Positions 17,691 through 28,210 of a stretch of DNA of 64,000 nt are shown here, one piece after another (position 1 is the stretch's first letter; each line of letters opens with the position of its first letter). A model generated the notes under the pieces. The model searched no databases. It had not been told where the DNA came from and saw only the letters and a list, made by a program, of their open reading frames with translations. The stretch covers positions 352,001-416,000 of the forward strand of contig CBDCKW010000005.1 in assembly GCA_965218435.1 (NCBI GenBank). The letters are read 5' to 3'. Source of the DNA: Truepera sp. GTDB taxonomy: Bacteria > Deinococcota > Deinococci > Deinococcales > Trueperaceae. Position numbers and translations under genes: made by a program.

Positions 17691-17723
17691 TATATTACGA
17701 TAATAGCATATTATCGTAATATA
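17691..17723. repeat. 33-bp AT-rich palindrome, candidate tyrosine-recombinase crossover site
   Basis: TATATTACGATAATA-GCA-TATTATCGTAATATA, perfect 15-bp arms (or 13-7-13). Confidence 0.7.
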
Positions 17724-17797
17724 GATTAAGGTCCTAAAAAAGGTGTATATATAAGAACCGTTTACCAAAAACTAGCTATAATGCCAAATGAGGTGTT

Positions 17798-18052
17798 ATG
17801 AGCACAATTCTTAAGTTAGGTCAAAACGGCCGCATGATTATACCCGCCGAGTTAAGACACAATCTCGAGCTTAAGGAAGATGACGAGCTACTGGTCACAG
17901 TCGAGGGTAAGCGGCTGGTACTAGAGACTGAAGCCGCACTGCTCGAGCGTCTCTACGCTACCGTAGGTGAACCGCCCGAAGGCGAACTGGTAAGCGACGA
18001 GCTCATACGCGAACGCCGTGAAGAAGCCGAACGCGAAACGGCCGACCAGTGA
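17798..18052 (+). CDS. AbrB/MazE/SpoVT-family antitoxin (second copy)
   Basis: MSTILKLGQNGRMIIPAELRHNLELKEDDELLV; TATAAT upstream. Confidence 0.88.
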   Translation: MSTILKLGQNGRMIIPAELRHNLELKEDDELLVTVEGKRLVLETEAALLERLYATVGEPPEGELVSDELIRERREEAERETADQ

Positions 18053-18429
18053 GCGTGGTACATGACGCCTCGAGCCTGTTGGCCGTTGCCTTCCGAGAAC
18101 CAGGCGGCGAGGTGGCGCGGGCTGCACTCAGGGGCAGCCTAGTCAGCAGCGTCAACTGGAGTGAGGTGATCCAGAAGGTGCAGGCTCGAGGTAAGGACAC
18201 CAGGCAACTCGCTCAGCTTTATATCGGCTTGGGGGTCACCATCGTGCCATTCGGTGTCGAGACCGCCGAACGCTCAGCGTCCCTCTACGGTGAAACTCGA
18301 GCCTTTGGATTGTCGTTAGGTGACCGGGCGTGCCTGGCGCTGGGGCTCGAGACCGGTCGTGAGGTCTACACCGCCGACCGACCCTGGACCGAGATCCCCC
18401 TAGAGATTAAGGTCACTGCGATCCGCTGA
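18049..18429 (+). CDS. vapC: PIN-domain VapC toxin (second copy)
   Basis: Paralogue of 16983..17363 with the same motifs. Confidence 0.9.
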   Translation: MSVVHDASSLLAVAFREPGGEVARAALRGSLVSSVNWSEVIQKVQARGKDTRQLAQLYIGLGVTIVPFGVETAERSASLYGETRAFGLSLGDRACLALGLETGREVYTADRPWTEIPLEIKVTAIR

Positions 18430-19386
18430 TGAGCGACCTCTAAAGCGATCCAGAGCGGGGAGCACGACGACCTCTGGCTGATGACCCTGGCGTACCTGCA
18501 ATTCAAGGGACGTAAAGGCACCAGCATCAGCCCCCACACCTTACGGGCGTACCGACGTGGCGTAGTCGATTACCTTATATATATAGGAGGCTCCGACATC
18601 CTCAGGGTCTCCCCCGACGAAGCCCAGACCTACGTCCGGATACTCGAGCAGGGCAGCGACGAGGTCCAGCCCAGATCACCGGCGACGGTTCAGTTACGCT
18701 CGGTCGCCGCCAGGCGCTTCTACCAGGCGCTGGCATGGTGCGGCTTCGAGCTCGACAACCCTTTCGAGAAGGTGATGATCCAGCCCGACCCGGTCAAACC
18801 GCACGAGAAACGCAGTGAGTACGGGCTCGACACCGTCAAGGAACTCGTCCACGCCTGCGACACCTTTGAAGACCCCATCGCCAAGATAGCCATCCTGCTG
18901 GCTGTTCTCTCCGGACTGCGCATCGAGGAGATCGCTACGCTCGAGTGGGGCGACATCGACTTCAGGGAACGCTTGATAAGCGTGCGGGGTAAGGGTAAGA
19001 AGATACGGCTCGTCCCGCTCGACACGGTTATTGGCAAAGCGGTAAGTGAGGTGCCGCATACCGGCAAGCAGGTGCTGATGCGCTACTACCGTAAGAGCTG
19101 GGCACCTTACACTACGGCGGGTCTCAGAGCGAAGATCAGACAGCTCTGCTTAAGGGCATTCGGGATTAACCCTTTCAGCCAGCAACCCAACGGCTATAAG
19201 GGCGTGCACGCTTTCCGGCACACCTTCGGCGTCATCATGCAGGAGCAGGTCGGTGCGCTGGAGACGCAAGCCCTCCTAGGCCATGAGAGCCTCACCACCA
19301 CCATGCGCTACAGCAAGGTCACCTCTCGTAAAGCTTCGGAGCGAGCGAGAAAGGCTCAGGAGGCTCTGGGGAAAAGCGTGGAGTGA
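18429..19386 (+). pseudogene. Tyrosine recombinase (second copy) with a 68-bp frameshifting 5' deletion; may restart at 18481
   Basis: The coupled ATG at 18429 reads MSDL*; 23 codons of the left copy are replaced by 1 nt; the rest is intact (SGLRIEE, HAFRH, TMRY). Confidence 0.8.
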
Positions 19387-19469
19387 AAGGGTGACAGAGG
19401 CATAGCTGCGCCGTTATGAACTGACACGAGCGCACCAGCGAAGGTTACACCTTATATATAGTATATATA

Positions 19470-19902
19470 GTGCTACTTGGCGCACACGCTGGCCTACGGG
19501 TAAGTGAGATGACCGCACTCAGGTGGGAAGACATCGACCTGGGTAGTGGGACGCTCAAAGTAGTCGCCGGTAAGGGGGGTAAGACCGCCCGGGTCAACCT
19601 CTCCTCTACCCTGGTTGACACGCTCGAGCAAGTTCCGTTAGAAAAGCGCAGTGGCTATCTGCTACCTGCCCGCTCCCGGATCGCCGTCTACAAGCGGCTC
19701 GAGGCCGCCTGCCGGGTCGCTAAGGTCAAGTTCAAGGGGGTTCGTTCATGCACTACGACACGCTGCGGGAACAAGACTCAGAGATGAAACTGGAGATCTG
19801 GCGTTGGTTGCCGACCACTTGCGTCACTCGAGCTTAGATACCGCCCAGGGCTATGCCAAAGCCAGCAATCAGCAGCTTAAAAAGGCAGTCGGGGACTGGT
19901 AA
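19470..19902 (+). pseudogene. Tyrosine recombinase catalytic-domain remnant, frameshifted
   Basis: HAGLRVSE...GKGGK in one frame, HALRHAAG...DHLRHSSLDTAQGY in another. Confidence 0.8.
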
Positions 19903-20142
19903 GAATCACTACAGCTTGTGCTAGTAGGAAAAAACTTCACCTAGACTGAATAACTGTTGTGCGTTCGATGCGCTCATCTACCGCATAAGCTTATACGGTT
20001 CTCCATAAACCTCTAACTCCATTTCGAATCGAAAGCTTTGCGTAGTAAGTGACGGGGTGGTACGACGCGAGTACCCTCGTAGAGCAACCTAGCGTTGGGC
20101 CTTTCGCTACACGCTCCAGCTCAACGCTGCCGTGAATGCTTT

Positions 20143-21048
20143 CTAATGACCCACAGCCATAAGTAGGTCTTCGATATGCCTCAGCTCGTCGTCACTGAAC
20201 CTCACCCCTACCGCGCCCAAGTGTTCCTCGACCTGCGCAGGGCTTTTCGCGCCGACTAAAACACAGGTCACCGCCGGAAGCCGCAGTAGCCAGGCCACCG
20301 CGAGCTGCATCAAGCTGAGCCCTTTGTCTTGAGCAACTGCCTCTAGACCTTTCGCTACGTCTAAATAGTGCTTGAACGTGTCACCCTGGAACCGAGGCAT
20401 CTGAGCACGCTCGTCGTCGTCGGGAAAGCGGTAGCTTGGCGAGTACTTGCCGGTCAGTAAACCCTTGGCCAGCGGGCTGTGAGCCAACAGGCCGATCCCG
20501 TGCTGTTCGCAGAAAGGGATATCTTCTCGTTCGATCTCCCGGTCGAACAGATTGTAGCGGGGCTGATTCGCGTGGAAGTGCGCGGTTTGCAGCGCCTCTC
20601 GCATCTCTTCGGCGCTAAAGTTTGATACCCCGAGGTAGCGTGCCTTGCCCGCCGCCCGCAGTTCGGCCATCGTCTCCATGCTTTCTTGGATGGGGTAACG
20701 CGCATCTGGGCTGTGGATCTGGTAGAGATCTACGGCGTCTACCTCTAGAGCTCGCAGGCTATCGTCGATAGCTGAAAGGATGCCCGCGCGTGAGTAGTCA
20801 CCGCTCACCTTAGTGGCGAGAAAACAGCGCTCGCGGTAGCCGTCCTTGAGCGCTTTGCCGAGTGTGGCCTCGCTCGAGCGGTACGCCTGAGCCGTGTCGA
20901 GCAGCGTGATACCGTTGTCGATGGCGGCGCGGACGGTGTCGATTGCTGTCTCCTCATCCACCTGACCCATGCCGCCGCCCAGAGGCCATGCGCCTAGACC
21001 CAGAACCGATACCTGCGGGCCGTCTTTGCCGAGTTGTCGGTATTCCAC
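20143..21048 (-). CDS. Aldo/keto reductase
   Basis: LGLGAW, LDTAQAY, LATKV, DLYQIH, GVSNF, SPLAKGLLTGK. Confidence 0.92.
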   Translation of the reverse strand: MEYRQLGKDGPQVSVLGLGAWPLGGGMGQVDEETAIDTVRAAIDNGITLLDTAQAYRSSEATLGKALKDGYRERCFLATKVSGDYSRAGILSAIDDSLRALEVDAVDLYQIHSPDARYPIQESMETMAELRAAGKARYLGVSNFSAEEMREALQTAHFHANQPRYNLFDREIEREDIPFCEQHGIGLLAHSPLAKGLLTGKYSPSYRFPDDDERAQMPRFQGDTFKHYLDVAKGLEAVAQDKGLSLMQLAVAWLLRLPAVTCVLVGAKSPAQVEEHLGAVGVRFSDDELRHIEDLLMAVGH

Positions 21049-21138
21049 TTTGCCTCCCTATGCCCCATAAGTGTCTATTTTTGCTGCGAACTTCGACTTG
21101 TATTTGTCAGAGCCACAACTGTCAATGAGCCAAAAACC

Positions 21139-22056
21139 CTACATCGACCAGGGTTCTGCATGAATGTCGAGTTCGTCGGACCAGCGGTAGTGCAGCTGGG
21201 TAATCTCTTCTACGATGTTTTGAGGAAGCGGCTCGAGCTGCTCTGCTGCGCGGAGAAACTCTGCTAAGTTCTCTCTACGAGCGGTAGCGCCAACCGTGGC
21301 ACAAACTTGGGGAAAGCTGTGTGCGAAGCGAACGCAAAACTCCGTCCAGCTTTCGATTCCCGAACGCTCAAAGATTGGAGCGACTTCGACGGCCCGCTTT
21401 TGCAGGTAGTCCTGCCACGCTGCGCCGGGCACGTCGCGCAAACGGTGCACGGGTCCTCCCGCCACGGTGCGCATGGCGATGATGGGTTCGCTCCGCTCGA
21501 GCAAAAGGTCCCAAAGCTCATTCGAGGCGAAACGTTGAAGAGGGTTGAGGTAAAAGATATAGCCGTCAATCAGGTGCTGGGCGTTACCGCTGCGCAGCGC
21601 CCCGAGCGCCACGGGTGAGGTCCAGGGAAACACCTCGAGCACAAAGCGTTTTACTAAACCCTCGTCTTTGAGCGCAGCGAGGGTTTCATAAGAACCGTCA
21701 CCGCCAGCAAGCTCATTGGCGAGCTGCCCCTCCGAACCTAAACAGAGCTGTCCTAGCTCCAAGCTCTCCAACCCTAGAGGCTCGAGATTCTGACGAACGA
21801 CCTCCCTGATGTCAGCGGGACTATTCCCGATAAGCTTGACAATAAGCTTAGGTACCTTCGACCGGTCTTGATCGAAGGCGTTACGCAACACCTGTAGGGC
21901 GTCGCCGTAGGTGTGACTGGTATGAAACCAGACGCCGGTGTCCATAGCTGCGAGAGCAATTTCTACCCGGTTGTCGAACGGTATCTGATCGTCGCCTAAG
22001 CGCGTAGTACCGTAGATGTAAGGTGTTACGTCAGTAAGGGGTGCTGCTTGGGCCAT
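21139..22056 (-). CDS. Aldo/keto reductase-like oxidoreductase
   Basis: YGTTRLG, WFHTSHTYG, AMRTVAGG, ATVGATAR; AKR-like layout. Confidence 0.65.
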   Translation of the reverse strand: MAQAAPLTDVTPYIYGTTRLGDDQIPFDNRVEIALAAMDTGVWFHTSHTYGDALQVLRNAFDQDRSKVPKLIVKLIGNSPADIREVVRQNLEPLGLESLELGQLCLGSEGQLANELAGGDGSYETLAALKDEGLVKRFVLEVFPWTSPVALGALRSGNAQHLIDGYIFYLNPLQRFASNELWDLLLERSEPIIAMRTVAGGPVHRLRDVPGAAWQDYLQKRAVEVAPIFERSGIESWTEFCVRFAHSFPQVCATVGATARRENLAEFLRAAEQLEPLPQNIVEEITQLHYRWSDELDIHAEPWSM

Positions 22057-22468
22057 GTTGGTTGCGTCCTTTCGGCGGTTGCACACGTAAATAGGATCAG
22101 TTTATCGAGCGGTCACGCATATCAAAGATGATAAACGCTCGTTAAGCAAACTAAGCTGGCTCGGCCTACTCGACTAGAGGAGTGGCCCACACTTCCTTGA
22201 TAAAGCTCACTTGCTCCTGCATAAGCGAGGACATAAGCAAGCTGTCATGTCGTATAACGGTCCGTTACACACGTAAGCCAGCGCTTGCTCTCCCAATCAC
22301 ACGGGTGCAGATGGCAAAGCCTTGGACGTGCGCCGCTACGATCCCCTTGCGGTCGGTCCGGTGCGTCATGATGCTCGTAGTAGCCCTCGCCTGCCCTACT
22401 GTGCCGACTTCGACAGCGTCAAAGGTCAACGTCTCGGAGAGAAAAAGCGGAAGAGATACAACCCTTAC

Positions 22469-23182
22469 GTGCTGCAAGGCACCCAAGAAGGTACTCAGGT
22501 CAATCACGCCCGTTTTCCCTGGTAAGCAACGTACACTGTCCACTTGCTCGTCGATGGGAACGCCCGCAGGCGCGTCGTTGATGTGAACATCTACTACGTT
22601 CTTGGCAGTGAGGAGTTCAAGATCCGCCTGATCGTGGCCTGCGGTGTACCAGTGCCAGGCGTCGAAAAGCAGCCCTACGTTTGGTCCGACCGCGTCACAC
22701 AGCTCGAGCATCCCCTGAGCTGTATGGATGAAGGAATAGGGGTGTCCGTCACGGAGGGTCTTAGGGCCAAGGAACTCGAGGGCGAGGCGTATGCCGTGCT
22801 CGGCCAAGATGGCCGCCGGAGGCACCAAGTGCTGGCGGTGGAAGTCAAAGTTGGCCCCGTAGTCTTTGTCGTCGCTCCACGAGAAGATATAGGTCGAGGC
22901 ACGGCTACAACCCACTTGCTGCGCGGCCTTAGCGATAGGCTCGAGGCGTGCCAGGAATGTTTCGAAAGAAGCGTCGTCGCCCCGGATGTCGACAGGCAGG
23001 CCGAAGGAGCCAGGTTTCAGGTCGTGCTGGGCGAGCATGTCGTGGACACTGTCGGTACCCGCTTTGAGCAGGTGTCCTGTATCGAGCGCCAAACCTTCAA
23101 AGCCGTAACGCACCGCGAGCCGGGCGCTTTCCTCAAAGCTCACGGAAATGTCAATAGCACCGGGACTAAGGGTTCGGTACAT
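22469..23182 (-). pseudogene. Sugar phosphate isomerase/epimerase (TIM barrel), C-terminus replaced by unrelated sequence
   Basis: LALEFLGP, GLLFDAWHW, VHINDAP, RCLPGKTGVID; the expected final GYxGxxxxE segment is absent after LQH. Confidence 0.7.
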
Positions 23183-23283
23183 ACGAGCCTCCTCTAGATA
23201 GCGCGATTGTAACCTGGTTGCTGGAGCAGCGGATGGTCGTTACCTCAGTTCACTCCCCTCTATGCGCAAGTTCGACTGACGCG

Positions 23284-23623
23284 CAGGGCTACCGCAAAGT
23301 TAGGAAGCGAGGAGTTTAAGGAGGTAAGCCAGATCCCAACCTGCGCGTAAGCGTTTGGCCTCGACTCCCGCTTTGATGGACTTGTCGCGTTTAAGCAGGT
23401 TTACAGCGAGATGCCTAAGCGCAACCCAGGTAGCTTGGACGTTTTTGAGACGTGCTCGTGAGCGGTCTTCTTCAAATGCCACACCGAAAACCCAGTGCAA
23501 GCCGTTTTCGATGCCCCAATGAGAGCGGGCTGCTCGGAGAATACGTTCGGCATCGAGTGGCAAACTGGTGATGAAGTAACGGCTGTGCTCGGTGGTGTGG
23601 GTAGATACTGCTCCAGAAATCAC
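23284..23623 (-). mobile_element. ISAs1-family transposase 3' remnant
   Basis: RYFITSL...RSHWGIENGLHWVFGVAFEEDRSR; terminal CAGGGC at about 23284. Confidence 0.85.
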
Positions 23624-23624
23624 T

Positions 23625-24340
23625 TCAAGCGGCTAAGCGAGGGGTTGCTGCTCCAGTTAGTGTAGCCCAAGGGGTGCAATAGCCAAGAGCTGAGTGCCGC
23701 CGCGTTTGGCTATACCAGCGGTGAAAGTCAGGCAGGGCGATCTGCACCTCGGCGAGCGACTTCCAATCGTGTCTGAAAGCAAAGGCGTACTTATAGGTGC
23801 GGTTAAGTCGCTCCAAAATGCCCATACCACCCCGTTGCGAAACTTTGCACCTGACCCACACGCCATAGCTGAGGCAGGCGGTCTGGAACACCTCCCCAGT
23901 GAAGTCCGAGCCGCCGTCGCTCTGTACGAGCACGTTGCCGTGAAGGCCGAGCGAGTGCAGTACCGCGACGCCTTCGTCCAAGGCAGCCTTGGCGAGTTGC
24001 ATCGACAAGCCGCGAACCGCCTTGCTCGCCAGTACCACCCGCGATTGGACGTCAAGCACGTGATAGACCCAGCACACCCCGTCAGCTAACGACAAACGGG
24101 TGGCGTCAATCTGGACGCGTCTGCCTGCTGGCCAGTCGGGTGGCGCTACAACGTCTGCGGAGGGCCACCGGGTCTTGCGAGGTGCGACGGGTTGAACCCG
24201 AGTTCTTTTAGCAGCTCCCTGACGCGGTGCAAACCGACGACTTCTCCCTGGTCGCGCAGCTCTCGATCGAGCCGACCACCACCTTTGCTGTAGCGTGCCC
24301 GGTACCTGAGGCGCTGCCCAGCAGCACCGCTCGCTTGCCT
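23625..24340 (-). mobile_element. rve/DDE integrase-core transposase remnant (IS3/IS481-like), frameshifted
   Basis: VQIDATR, VQSDGGSDF, ILERLNRTYK, RRHSALGY. Confidence 0.7.
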
Positions 24341-24347
24341 GCCAGCG

Positions 24348-25350
24348 TCATTGCCGCTCCGCTCTCGCTTCTGGACGGACGGCGCTGGCAATCGCAATTG
24401 CGAACAGACCAACGATGGCCGCGGCGGGCGCGAGCGCGGTTGGCCCGACCAGGGCCAGTACGCCGCCGCCTAGAATAGAGCCGAACGTGGTTGCGAGGTA
24501 GATCGCCGAGCCGTTGAGACCTACCGCGACCTGGGCCGTCTCAGGCACGAGCGCGAACAAGCGGTTTTGCTGCGGCACGACCGTGAGGCCCATACTGAAG
24601 CCGAACGCGATCATCGTAGCTACCGCCCCGATTTCTGCCGTCCGCGTTACCGCCAGCGTCGCCGCGAAGACGGTGACGCCGCCCGCACCGAGAACCAGAG
24701 CGAAGCGGGCACCACGCCAGCGGATAAGCCGCGGCACGGCGATGACACCGGGGACTTGACCGGAGCCGAAGGCGACCACTGCAACTACAACCAGTGTGCC
24801 AGCAGCGCCCAGGATCGCCGGCAGATACACGATGATAAGAAAGGACGGGATCAGCACGGCGACGGTGCCGAAAAGGATGCCCAGCACACGCTTGTCTGCA
24901 AGTACCTGCAGCCGTTCGCGCAAACCGGTGCGCGCCGCGTACACGGCTGGGAGGCGTCCGACCAAGAGGCCAGAAATCACGGCTAGCGCGGCGAGGACCC
25001 ACATGGCGCTGCGCCAGCCCAACGCCTGACCGACGAGGATGCCGAACGGCAGGCCCGCCACCAGCGCCAGCGAACTGCCGCCCGCAACGACGGCCAGCGA
25101 CTGGGCGCGGTGCGTGTCGTCGCTGAGCAGACCGGCGGTGCTGTAAGCGTTCGCTTGGTAGGCAGCCGCCCCGAGGGCGGCGATCACGCGGCCGACCGCC
25201 ACCATGAAGAAGTTCAGTCCGGTGGCCTGCACGACCATGCCGACGACAAAAATCGCCATCCCGCCTGCGAGGAGAACCCGGCGATCCCAGCTGCCGGTCA
25301 GCGCGGCGATTGTCGGCGACCCGACCGCGAGAATCAGCAGATTGGCGGTC
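24348..25350 (-). pseudogene. MFS transporter (DHA1/sugar-efflux type), 5' truncated
   Basis: WDRRVLL, GRVIAALGAA, GLPFGILVGQALGWR and many TM segments; first helices missing. Confidence 0.75.
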
Positions 25351-25733
25351 GTCAGACGTTTTGGTGCTGCCGTAGGCGGCCTATCGCCGACTGAACTCAT
25401 TGCGTCATCGCTGGCAGGAGCCGACTGGTCTGTGTTTCGCTGCGGAGCACCAGCTGTCGCTCGCTCGGCAGCCGCGCCCGAGCACTCGCCGGCCCAGGGC
25501 AGTCTGTCCACTTATGTGACCGAGCTTTCAAAGTAGCGGCCCTCCTCCAAATCTGCGCTCAGTGCAGGGCAAGCTGGCCGCCGCCTGAAGAGTTTTTGCG
25601 CCTCTCACCGATGCAGCGGCTTTGTTCAAACGGGTAAACCCTACCACCCTGTGTCTAACTCGGAAGAGTTTGGAGACGAAGGAACCAATGCGCCCAGTTA
25701 CGCCGGTGACAACCTCGCGCCTTGATCCGGGAC

Positions 25734-26183
25734 TTAAAGCTGTGAGCCGCCCCCGTCCACGGTGAACTCGGCTCCGGTCGTGAACGTCGCCCCGAACGCG
25801 AGGAACGCTACGGCCTCCGCGACCTCCTCCATGCGGCCGAGGCGGCCCATGGGGGTTCCCTCGCGGTACTGGCGTTTGGCCTCTTCAGCGGCGTCTGCGG
25901 GCATCGTTCTCTCGAGGACCCCCGAGTCAATAGCCCCCGGGCTCACCGCGTTGACGCGGACGCCGCGCGGCAAAAGTTCGCGGGCGAGTGTGCGCGCCAC
26001 CGAGCGGAGCGCGGCCTTGCTGGCAGCGTACGCGCTGAGCATAGGCAGCGACATCTCGTTCGCGACCGAGGTGGTGAGGACGACTGCGCCCCCCTCGCGC
26101 AGCAGCGGCGCAAGCTTCTGCACAGTAAAGTACGGACCCTTGGTGTTGACGGCGATCTGTTCGTCGAAGTCCGCCTCGGTCAT
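25734..26183 (-). pseudogene. SDR oxidoreductase, C-terminal half
   Basis: YAASK, VRVNAVSPG, TGAEFTVDGG; Rossmann N-terminus missing. Confidence 0.8.
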
Positions 26184-26185
26184 GT

Positions 26186-26365
26186 CCTCGAGCTGCCCAC
26201 GCCGCCTTTCCCAAAGGCCACCGTTACTTAACGCTCCGGGATGAACTAGGCACCATCTTCACCGACGAAATGTTTGCTGACTTTCCCACAACCGGGCACT
26301 CAGTAAAAGCGCCGTGGCGGTTAGCTCTAATGACCACCGTGCAGTTTGCTGAAGATCTATCCAAT
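26186..26365 (+). mobile_element. IS1182-family transposase N-terminal remnant
   Basis: Hand translation: AAHAAFPKGHRYLTLRDELGTIFTDEMFADF...APWRLALMTTVQFAEDLS. Confidence 0.7.
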
Positions 26366-26458
26366 CTTTACCCACCACAAGTCTCAAGCGTCCAGCCAAG
26401 CTATAAACAAACATTTCACAAGCAGGAGTATCATGAAATAAACCACTAACTCATGCGT

Positions 26459-26715
26459 CTACCATTCACTCACGGTCTTTTTAAGCTGCTGATTATCCGT
26501 TTTAGCGTAGGTTCTGGCGGTATCTAAACCGTTATGCCGCAAATGGTCGGCGACATAGGCCAGATCACCGGTTTCTTGGTGAAGCCGCGTACCGCACGCG
26601 TGCCGGAGGGCGTGAACGCCTTTGAAGGTGACGTTGGCGGTGCGGCAGGCGACCTCGAGCCGTTTAGACACGACCTGCCGGTTGCGCATCGGCAAAACGT
26701 AGCCTTGGCGCTTCG
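26459..26715 (-). pseudogene. Tyrosine recombinase C-terminal remnant, paralogue of 19470..19902
   Basis: FKGVHALRHACGTRLHQETGDLAYVADHLRHNGLDTARTY. Confidence 0.8.
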
Positions 26716-26929
26716 CTCCTGCCTGACCCCGTGGACCCACGCAATCTGCACATTTATCCCTACTAAGACAAGCCCCACATCTCTCACGCGGTAGTGCTTC
26801 TCAGTCTACCCGTAACCTAAACGCTGACCGTATTGGTAAGGCTCACTGAAGCGGTCGTCGTCACACGCCTCGAGCCGGGCTAAGCTCTACTCGAGAACGC
26901 CTAACAAAACACTCAAGCAACTACAATCG

Positions 26930-27101
26930 TACATCTTATTAAAACGTACAGCCACTCACACCCTCGAGCACTCATTCTCTCATCCTCCCTCCTTGGGTCT
27001 GGTCTCCTCATTGGTAAACCATCTGGTAAACCAAATGGGGAAAGCTCGAGTTGTTATAAGGGGTTTGGCGGAAGCAGGGTTGTACGTTTTAATAAGGTGT
27101 A
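26930..27101. repeat. 21-bp inverted repeat pair (20/21 match) 130 bp apart
   Basis: TACATCTTATTAAAACGTACA (26930-26950) and TGTACGTTTTAATAAGGTGTA (27081-27101); TGGTAAACCA twice in the spacer. Confidence 0.8.
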
Positions 27102-27124
27102 TAGTGATTTAGGAGGTAAGAGTT

Positions 27125-27883
27125 GTGGAAGGCGTTGAAAGCCGAGCTGATAGGACCTACGCCCACTTTCACCGGGTTTTAGGGACGTTGCTGACAGAGC
27201 TGGGGGCGTTGCCAGGGGTGATCTGGCTGACCGACCAGCGGCACGTGTTACGTGGTGGCGGGGAGCGTAACGACTACGCCTGGGCGATCTACCGGGTAGG
27301 TGAGTTGGGGCCTTACCTCGCGTCGTTAGCTGAACTGGAAGCGGTGCAGCAGCGAGCCGTAACCGAGATGGGCTTAGGACGGGTGCCTAGAGAGCTGCTG
27401 TTACCGCAGGTGATCGAAGGGGTGACCTATGTCCAGCTAGGGGAGAGTGGAGGCTACCGGAGTTCTCCTAAGGAGAAGAAGGCTGTGCTGGCCATCCTCG
27501 AGACCGCCCTTAAAACCACCCGGAAGAATCTAGGTGAGTTCCAGCGGTATGGAGGGGAAGACGAAGGTACCCGGCGGTTAGGGGCTGAAGTCGAGGCCAT
27601 CGAAAAGGTTAAAGAAACGGTGTTAGGCGCACCCGAGCAGCCCTACCGCGTCAGGGTCTGGCAACCCCAACGGTTTAATCCCTATATCTACCAGAGTGAC
27701 GCCGAGCCCAGACAAGTCAGGTGTCGGAAACATGGGCTGATTCTAGTAGGTAAGTCCATCGGGATGAGGCCGCCCCGTCAGGTAAGACGGGTGCGGAGCG
27801 ATAAGCGGGAACTCGAACCTCTATTCGCGTTTGGTAGGACGGAAGTCTATCTTGAAAGCGACTGGCAGGAGGCGAAGGGGTGA
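27125..27883 (+). CDS. Hypothetical basic protein, possibly Tus-like (replication terminus-binding)
   Basis: Strong AGGAGG RBS; LPGVIWL, VLAILETALKTTR and RRVRSDK resemble Tus-family segments by eye. The CDS is solid, the product tentative. Confidence 0.45.
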   Translation: MEGVESRADRTYAHFHRVLGTLLTELGALPGVIWLTDQRHVLRGGGERNDYAWAIYRVGELGPYLASLAELEAVQQRAVTEMGLGRVPRELLLPQVIEGVTYVQLGESGGYRSSPKEKKAVLAILETALKTTRKNLGEFQRYGGEDEGTRRLGAEVEAIEKVKETVLGAPEQPYRVRVWQPQRFNPYIYQSDAEPRQVRCRKHGLILVGKSIGMRPPRQVRRVRSDKRELEPLFAFGRTEVYLESDWQEAKG

Positions 27884-27955
27884 GATGAGGAGCAGCAAAG
27901 TTGGGCTAAGCATGTTATAGTTCGACTAGACAGACTAGTTAGATAGGAAGAATAT

Positions 27956-28210
27956 ATGGATAGAACCTGGCAGCTTCAAAAAGCGAAAAGTCATCTGTCG
28001 GAGGTCATTGAACGGGCTAAAACAGGGGAGACGCAGGTCATCACTCGGCGTGGCGAAAAGGCTGTGGTGGTAATCGACTACGAGCGTTACCTAAACCTAA
28101 CCGGACAGACGAAGCGTTTGCTCGAGGTCTTGCGCGGTGCGCCGCCTTTTACCGATGAATTACTGGTCGAACGTGATTTGAACCCCGGACGCGATGTTTC
28201 TTTCGAGTGA
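27956..28210 (+). CDS. Phd/YefM-family antitoxin
   Basis: WQLQKAKSHLSEVIERA...QVITRRGEKAVVV. Confidence 0.9.
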   Translation: MDRTWQLQKAKSHLSEVIERAKTGETQVITRRGEKAVVVIDYERYLNLTGQTKRLLEVLRGAPPFTDELLVERDLNPGRDVSFE

